From assembly GCA_041649575.1 (NCBI GenBank), contig JBAZMW010000004.1, forward strand, positions 60,001 to 92,000: 32,000 nt of DNA, given 5' to 3'. The stretch's first letter is position 1, and the number at the start of each line of letters is the position of its first letter. Of this stretch, positions 27,197 through 32,000 are shown piece after piece. The stretch comes from Patescibacteria group bacterium (GTDB lineage Bacteria; Patescibacteriota; Patescibacteriia; 2-01-FULL-39-33). Under the pieces are notes generated by a model. The model searched no databases, was not told the origin of the DNA, and was given only the letters and a program-made list of their open reading frames with translations. The position numbers and the translations under genes are program-made.

Positions 27197-28560
27197 TTAA
27201 AGGTTTGGTTAATTTTGGAGATGGCTGTTTTGACGATGTCGTTAAACTCTTTTTCCTCGGTGGCTTTGAGCAGATTTTCCGTCATTTCTTTGAAAGCATT
27301 TTCGGCCGCTAGCGGGTCTTTGCCTTCGTACCAGTTGGTGGCTGTCAGTGTTTGCACGGCTGAAGCATGGAGATCCTCATCTTCCAGCTGACTGTTAATC
27401 AGAGACTTGAGAGCGGCCGGGCGATTGGTTTTGTTGAGGAATTTTTTGACTTGTTCTTCCTGATTGGCAAAGATGACAAAGTCCCAGGCTTCATTGGTAT
27501 TTTTTGATTTTTTGGAAACAGTCTCGATAAAATAGTTGGCGTAGTTTTTGGGATTATCGGGATTAACTTGAGGCAAAGGGGCAACGCCCAGATTTAGCTT
27601 GGGAGCTTGAGCGCGGATGATGGGAATAGAATAATTGTAGCCAAAAATGAAGCCGACTTTGCCAGAGAGAAAGGCTGCCAAAGAATCGGGCAGATCCGAA
27701 TTCCAGCAATAAACGTTTTTGGTGGGTGAGGCGAAATCAAGGTAGAATTTGATGGCTTCCAGTCCTGGATTATAGTTTTTGTCTTTGGTTTTACTGATGA
27801 TGGCGTAGCCGCTAGCATCGGTCATGACGGCATCGTTTTGCAGCATTAGAATAGAGAGGATATCGAAACTGCGGCTGACATTGTAGCCGGTACCCAGAGC
27901 TGTTCCTGATTGGATAATATTGTTTTCCTTGTCAAAACGGTTGATTTTTTGGACCGCGTCCTGAAAGCTCTTCCAGTCGGTCGGTGGCGTAGTTATCGCC
28001 GATTTATTGAGAATGTCGCGGTTGTAGAGCATGATCAGGCTCTCCAGGCTCAAAGGCAGACCATAAATTTTGTTATCCAGCACCAGGTTTTTGTAAACAA
28101 TTTCCGCGTAGTCGTCTTTGATTTGCCGTAGGCTTAAGGTTTTTTTGGTTCTTAGCTCTGCCACCGTTTCTTTTTTGATGGTTCCTTTTATGACCTGATA
28201 GGCCATGGTGATTTCTTCCGGCATCGGCTCGATTTTGGCCTGATATTTGCGCAAGAGGTTTTCGTTGAGGGAAAAAATATCCGGTCCGCGGTCTTCGGCC
28301 AGAGCGTCTAAAAGCTCCTGCTCGTATTCTTCCGGCCGGAATTTGCGGTAATTAATGTTGATATTGGGATGGAGCTCGCGATAGGCCTTGATGATTTCGC
28401 TAAAAGCGTCTTCGTCGTCGTAGAGCCGCCAGTATTCCAGGGTGATCGGTTTTTGGTGTTCTTTAACCTCACCGCTGGGGCTTTTGCAGCCAAAACCGGA
28501 GGTAATCAAAAAAATAAAGATTAAAAATAAAGGCAGGATTTTCAAAAAGTTATTTTTCAT
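27193..28560 (-). CDS. extracellular solute-binding protein family 1-like lipoprotein
   Basis: LFLIFIFLITSGFGCKS lipobox; ITLEYWRLYDDEDAFSEIIKAYRELHPNININYRKF, GPDIFSLNEN, YGLPLSLESLIMLYNRDIL. Confidence 0.85.
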   Translation of the reverse strand: MKNNFLKILPLFLIFIFLITSGFGCKSPSGEVKEHQKPITLEYWRLYDDEDAFSEIIKAYRELHPNININYRKFRPEEYEQELLDALAEDRGPDIFSLNENLLRKYQAKIEPMPEEITMAYQVIKGTIKKETVAELRTKKTLSLRQIKDDYAEIVYKNLVLDNKIYGLPLSLESLIMLYNRDILNKSAITTPPTDWKSFQDAVQKINRFDKENNIIQSGTALGTGYNVSRSFDILSILMLQNDAVMTDASGYAIISKTKDKNYNPGLEAIKFYLDFASPTKNVYCWNSDLPDSLAAFLSGKVGFIFGYNYSIPIIRAQAPKLNLGVAPLPQVNPDNPKNYANYFIETVSKKSKNTNEAWDFVIFANQEEQVKKFLNKTNRPAALKSLINSQLEDEDLHASAVQTLTATNWYEGKDPLAAENAFKEMTENLLKATEEKEFNDIVKTAISKINQTFK

Positions 28561-28733
28561 GGGTCTAGCTTTAGTTTTTTTGGTTGATACTTATATTATA
28601 ACAAGAAAACCGGGACGAGTGCAATTCGTCAGGGTTTTTGTGTTTAGTGAGGGGAAATTAAAAGAGGTTTTGATTTTCTAAAGAAACGCGGCAGTTATTG
28701 TTTTTGTTAAATCATAGGTCGAATTTGGCAGAG

Positions 28734-28763
28734 TTGACTGTTAAGAAACAATAATGCTAGGAT
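28734..28763 (+). promoter_or_regulatory. possible promoter for the dUTPase/dCMP-deaminase gene
   Basis: TTGACT, 18-nt spacer, TAGGAT. Confidence 0.4.
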
Positions 28764-28816
28764 AACATCTTGTGATAGATTCTGGTTCAGCGCACCTTAC
28801 AAAGGAGGATCCGGCC

Positions 28817-29848
28817 ATGAAGACCATCCAGGTAAAAAGGCTTTTTCCAGACGCCCAGATTCCGGTACGTGCTTCTAACGGAGCCGTGGGGTTTGACGTC
28901 TTCGCCTACGGCGTGCTTGATATGGAGACTAAGGAATACGCGGGAGAATTGCCTTTTGTTTTGCTTCCTGGCAAAAGGATTTTGATTGGTATTGGCGTTT
29001 CCTTTGCCTTGCCTTGGCCCGTTGAGTGTCAGGTTCGTCCGCGTAGCGGCCTGGCCAACAGATACGGGATTGAGCTTGGCAACTCCCCCGGGACAATCGA
29101 TCCGGATTTCCGCGGCAACATAGGGGTACTGCTGACTAACCGCAGCGATGAGCCATTCACCATCACCAAGGGCATGCGGATAGCTCAACTGATCTTCGCC
29201 GACGTGAAAACCCCGGTTTTTGAGGAAGTCGCCGAATTGTCGGCGACCAGACGGGGAGCCGGCGGCTTCGGCTCCACCGGCCTAGGGGCGGTTCGCGAGG
29301 GAACCACGGAGTATTTTCGGTTGGTCGCGGAGCAAGACAGGTTCTATATGAAGATGGCTATTGCGGCCGCCAACCGCTCCAATTGCGCCCGTGGCTGTCA
29401 GAAAGATGGCAATGGGCGCTATCTTCGCGACAAGGATGGCGGGCTGATCGGACAAACGCGCAAGTTTGGCTGCGTGATAGTCAAGGGGGACAATGTCGTC
29501 TCTATTGGCTATAACGCTCAAGCTCCCGGTCAGCCGCTCTGCGCCGATGTCGGCTGTCTGCGCGAAGCAGAAGGCATCGCTTCCGGTACGCGAATTGAGC
29601 GGTGTCGCGCCGTTCACGCCGAAGATCACGCCTTTCTGAAGATGTTGGCCAGCGGAGTCGCTGCGTCCACCGTGGGCGCCACGATGTATGTGACTTCAGA
29701 GCCATGCGAGGTCTGTGCCAAGTCTATCGCCGGATCGGGCGTGGACACACTGGTGGTGCTGGAGGGCGTCTACCCCACAAATGGCATCCAGATCGTCAGA
29801 GATGCCGGAGTCAACATCCGTTTTGTCAAGCAGGAAGCGGTGATGTAG
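28817..29848 (+). CDS. fusion protein: N-terminal trimeric-type dUTPase + C-terminal dCMP deaminase
   Basis: Preferred start ATG 28817 after AAAGGAGG. dUTPase motifs: GAVGFDVFAY, VRPRSGLANRYG, GNSPGTIDPDFRGNIGVLLTN, KGMRIAQLIFA, RRGAGGFGSTG. Deaminase: GCVIVKGDNVVSIGYNAQAPG...CLREAEGIASGTRIERCRAVHAEDHAFLK and TSEPCEVCAKSI. Confidence 0.93.
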   Translation: MKTIQVKRLFPDAQIPVRASNGAVGFDVFAYGVLDMETKEYAGELPFVLLPGKRILIGIGVSFALPWPVECQVRPRSGLANRYGIELGNSPGTIDPDFRGNIGVLLTNRSDEPFTITKGMRIAQLIFADVKTPVFEEVAELSATRRGAGGFGSTGLGAVREGTTEYFRLVAEQDRFYMKMAIAAANRSNCARGCQKDGNGRYLRDKDGGLIGQTRKFGCVIVKGDNVVSIGYNAQAPGQPLCADVGCLREAEGIASGTRIERCRAVHAEDHAFLKMLASGVAASTVGATMYVTSEPCEVCAKSIAGSGVDTLVVLEGVYPTNGIQIVRDAGVNIRFVKQEAVM

Positions 29849-29869
29849 GGTATATAAGGTCTTTGACAC

Positions 29870-29907
29870 GAGGGTTGTCCGTTTGACACGGGCACCCCTC
29901 TCTTTTT
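29870..29907 (+). terminator. Rho-independent terminator
   Basis: GAGGGTTGTCCGT...ACGGGCACCCCTC imperfect stem followed by TCTTTTTG. Confidence 0.7.
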
Positions 29908-29951
29908 GTTTACAAAAAAAACAGCTCTTAGGAGCTGAATGTAAAAATTGG

Positions 29952-29968
29952 CGGAGAGGGAGGGATTT
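29952..29968 (-). repeat. partial copy of the tRNA-Ser 3' end
   Basis: CGGAGAGGGAGGGATTT, identical to 30131-30147, in the same orientation. Confidence 0.8.
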
Positions 29969-30001
29969 CTCGTCGTCCCGTCTTCGGCGGGGCTCTGTCC
30001 T

Positions 30002-30063
30002 GGGTTGGCGCCAATCATTCACCGGATGATTGGCGGCGTTCGCCTTCGGCTCACTGCCAACCC
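30002..30063. other. multi-branched inverted-repeat structure
   Basis: Outer GGGTTGGC/GCCAACCC enclosing GCCAATCAT-TCACCGG-ATGATTGGC and a short GCC/GGC hairpin. Confidence 0.6.
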
Positions 30064-30075
30064 GTTCAAATCCCA

Positions 30076-30119
30076 GCCTTTCTGTCGAAAGGCAAATTTT
30101 ACTCCCGCTTCGCGGGGTA
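30076..30119. other. two consecutive hairpins downstream of tRNA-Ser, terminator candidates
   Basis: GCCTTTC-TGTC-GAAAGGC, then AAATTTTAC-T-CCCGC-TTC-GCGGG-GTAAAATTT. Confidence 0.55.
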
Positions 30120-30130
30120 AAATTTTCCTT

Positions 30131-30217
30131 CGGAGAGGGAGGGATTTGAACCCTCGAGACCCTTTCAGGCCTATCGCTTTTCGAGAGCGACCTATTCAAC
30201 CACTCTAGCACCTCTCC
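30131..30217 (-). tRNA. tRNA-Ser (anticodon CGA)
   Basis: Minus strand GGAGAGG acceptor pairs with CCTCTCC; anticodon arm TCGCT-CTCGAAA-AGCGA; extended variable arm; T arm GAGGG-TTCAAAT-CCCTC; discriminator G; CCA not encoded. Confidence 0.95.
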
Positions 30218-30230
30218 ATGTTTGTTATTT

Positions 30231-30488
30231 TTATTTTTCCAATATAACCGTTTTTATTCTTGTCTTTAAGACTCTTCTCCCTTGACCGGTTTTATAAAAT
30301 AACTCTTGATTTCTGGCATCTTTCTCATATTTGAAAGCCTCGTAATATATAATCTCTAATGGCCTTCTATTTCTTGTGCTTTCAACTTTTCCGGAAGCGT
30401 GTTCCATAAACCTCCTTCTTAAGTCGCTAGTATACCCAATATACAGTTTTTTATCATACTGACTTTTAAGGATATAAACAAAAAACAT
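30231..30488 (-). CDS. GIY-YIG domain endonuclease-like protein
   Basis: MFFVYILKSQYDKKLYIGYTSDLRRRFMEHASGKVESTRNRRPLEIIYYEAFKYEKDARNQE. Preferred start at 30488 inside ORF 30231-30509. Confidence 0.88.
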   Translation of the reverse strand: MFFVYILKSQYDKKLYIGYTSDLRRRFMEHASGKVESTRNRRPLEIIYYEAFKYEKDARNQELFYKTGQGRRVLKTRIKTVILEK

Positions 30489-30511
30489 TATTATTTTTAG
30501 TTTTATCAACT

Positions 30512-30580
30512 CCGCTCAGCCTGCCCGCTCAAGAATCTGAGCGGGCTGGTGAGCGGACCCGCTCGCTCCGCCGAGCGGGC
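30512..30580. repeat. dense palindromic CCGCTC/GAGCGG repeat cluster
   Basis: GCCCGCTCA-AGAATC-TGAGCGGGC (30523-30546) and CCCGCTCG-CTCCGC-CGAGCGGG (30558-30579), plus additional half-sites. Confidence 0.8.
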
Positions 30581-30597
30581 ACTCTAGCACCTATCCA
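30580..30597 (-). repeat. partial copy of the tRNA-Ser 5' end
   Basis: CACTCTAGCACCTATCCA compared with CACTCTAGCACCTCTCCA at 30201-30218 (one mismatch). Confidence 0.7.
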
Positions 30598-30610
30598 CAA
30601 CAATTAACCT

Positions 30611-31885
30611 TTAGCTTTTGACTTCGCTTAGCTTTCTATTTATCACTGCCACGGCCATAATCAACCAGAACAACACTGATAGGTCATTCTTGAAGTATGG
30701 CGCATCCACTAGTCCGTGGACGATTATTTCTAGGCCGACAAGCAGTAGAGTCAAATTTAATATTTTATCACCATGTTTGTCAAGCCAATTTTTGAAATTG
30801 ACGGCAAAGTATTTGATAAACAGCCAAATAAAACTGATTAGCCCCAAGAGGCCCAGCTCGCTCCAGAAGTTTAGAATGATATTATGGGGATAAAGATAAA
30901 TCTCAAAAGTTTTCAAGTGGTAGGGCGCGATTTTCAGCTGGTAGCCGGCCAGGCCGGCGCCCCAGAGCCAGTTGTCTTTTAGCATTTGCCAGCTTTCCTG
31001 CCAAATCAGCCGTCTGATAAATCCCGAATAGTCCTCCAAGGATAATTTGCTGATTAGATAATGATTAAAGGCCTGATTGAAAAAAAAGACAATAAAAAAC
31101 GCCAAAATTACGCCGCCGGTCAGCAGGCGGGTTTTTCTATTAATCAGCCCAAAGATCAGCAAACTTAGGATCACGGCCAGGACAGCTCCCTCGGATTTGG
31201 CCAAAACGATAGTCAGGAAGCCGGCAGCGATAATCAAAGCTTTCAAAAATTGGCTTAAAAAGATTTTTAAGCTGGAGGCACTTACTTCCGCTCCCTGCCA
31301 GAAAAAGCCGACAAACAAAACAATTATCGGCCCCAGGTACAGGCCTAGGGCGTTGGGATAGGCCAAAAGAGAAACCACGCGGTCGACCGAGCCGTCGGGG
31401 TTTAAAAAAGCTTGAGGCACGCCCCAGCCGCTGAACTTCTGCCAAAAGGAAAAAGCGGAAAGATAAAGAACGGAAAGCCCGAGTGACCAGAAGATGTTTT
31501 TTAATTGTCGTTTGTCTTTAACAGTGTTAATTAAAATAATAAAGATGAGCAGCGGCTCTATAAAATAGGCTTTCCAAATACCGGCCGCCTGTCTCAAGGC
31601 GGGTGAGGTAAAGACAGAAATAGTGGCAAAAATAACGATAGCGATTAGCGGCCAAAAAAAAGGATTGGCTCTAAATCCACCGAGCCACCTAAGCCGGTTT
31701 TTCAACAGAAAGACAATAAAGAGAACCAAAATCAGAACTTCCAAAAGCGTAAACGGCAAACCAAAAATCTCCGAACGGATAATAAAGCTGGGCAAAGCGG
31801 CAACGAGCAAACAGGTGGCCAACTCGAAATTTTTGTAAGCCAGCCAGAGAAACAGCAGGCCGCAGATAAGAATAAATAATAACAT
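30611..31885 (-). CDS. O-antigen ligase/polymerase-like (Wzy/WaaL-type) multi-pass membrane protein
   Basis: More than ten hydrophobic segments; RLIWQESWQMLKDNWLWGAGLAGYQ...YLYPHNIILNFWSELGLLGLISFIWLF is typical of the Wzy_C/O-antigen ligase region. Confidence 0.85.
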   Translation of the reverse strand: MLLFILICGLLFLWLAYKNFELATCLLVAALPSFIIRSEIFGLPFTLLEVLILVLFIVFLLKNRLRWLGGFRANPFFWPLIAIVIFATISVFTSPALRQAAGIWKAYFIEPLLIFIILINTVKDKRQLKNIFWSLGLSVLYLSAFSFWQKFSGWGVPQAFLNPDGSVDRVVSLLAYPNALGLYLGPIIVLFVGFFWQGAEVSASSLKIFLSQFLKALIIAAGFLTIVLAKSEGAVLAVILSLLIFGLINRKTRLLTGGVILAFFIVFFFNQAFNHYLISKLSLEDYSGFIRRLIWQESWQMLKDNWLWGAGLAGYQLKIAPYHLKTFEIYLYPHNIILNFWSELGLLGLISFIWLFIKYFAVNFKNWLDKHGDKILNLTLLLVGLEIIVHGLVDAPYFKNDLSVLFWLIMAVAVINRKLSEVKS

Positions 31886-31888
31886 ATC

Positions 31889-32000
31889 TTAATTCTTAAA
31901 CTTCATAATTTCTAAAATGGTTTTTTTCTCGATTCCTCTTAAGGCGTAAAGCATAAAAAAATAAACCAGCAAGCCAATAATTATCAGAGTTACTAGATTT
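31889..32000 (-). CDS. C-terminal fragment of a probable membrane protein, continues beyond the window
   Basis: Manual translation ...NLVTLIIIGLLVYFFMLYALRGIEKKTILEIMKFKN*. Possibly a polysaccharide flippase, but too short to assign. Confidence 0.45.
   Translation of the reverse strand, partial: NLVTLIIIGLLVYFFMLYALRGIEKKTILEIMKFKN

Noticed and set aside
28787-29886. ORFs 28787-29188, 29282-29629, 29502-29705 and 29602-29886
   Set aside because: They are shadow frames of the dUTPase/dCMP-deaminase gene, whose frame contains all conserved motifs.
29998-30078. Second complete tRNA on the plus strand, suggested by GTTCAAATCCCAG
   Set aside because: No matching T-stem 5' strand, anticodon arm or 7-bp acceptor stem could be drawn, so it is treated as a structured or decayed element.
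29948-30208. 86-aa plus-strand ORF containing RDLNPRDPFRPIAFRERPIQPL
   Set aside because: It is an antisense read-through of the same tRNA-Ser gene.
29696-30211. 171-aa minus-strand ORF (MLEWLNRSLSKSDRPERVSRVQIPPSP...)
   Set aside because: It reads through the tRNA-Ser gene; RVSRVQIPPSP-type sequence is a classic translated-tRNA artefact.
1-32000. Large mobile element or prophage in the window
   Set aside because: No transposase, integrase, terminase or capsid-like product was recognised. The short repeats around the tRNA-Ser are reported separately as possible remnants only.

Overview
This 32 kb window looks like a chromosomal segment from a Candidatus Patescibacteria/CPR-type bacterium. 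The lineage is inferred from gene content and style, not from a database search. It spans the probable replication-origin neighbourhood: yidC-yidD-rnpA-rpmH on the minus strand diverge from dnaA-dnaN on the plus strand. smc, polA, holA, rpsT, a bactofilin, a large class A PBP, a GalT-like protein, ruvC, yebC, an SIS-domain sugar-phosphate isomerase, a GT-C/GT2 glycosyltransferase pair, four tandem T4SS-pilin-like genes, a solute-binding lipoprotein, one tRNA-Ser(CGA), a GIY-YIG protein and a Wzy/O-antigen-ligase-like protein surround it. The strongest unusual signals are: (i) a short SMC protein (920 aa) with no recognisable hinge domain and an extra N-terminal insertion; (ii) three visibly GC-rich, plus-strand, single-gene cassettes (NYN-domain protein, Gly/Tyr-rich lipoprotein, dUTPase + dCMP-deaminase fusion), each with its own promoter-like and terminator-like sequences; (iii) the dUTPase/dCMP-deaminase fusion itself, which joins two routes to dUMP; (iv) a four-paralog pilin array next to an orphan solute-binding lipoprotein; (v) a tRNA-Ser flanked on both sides by partial copies of its own ends, with structured palindromic DNA and a GIY-YIG gene; (vi) iteron-like repeats upstream of dnaA. 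No CRISPR array, transposase or recognisable defence island was found.
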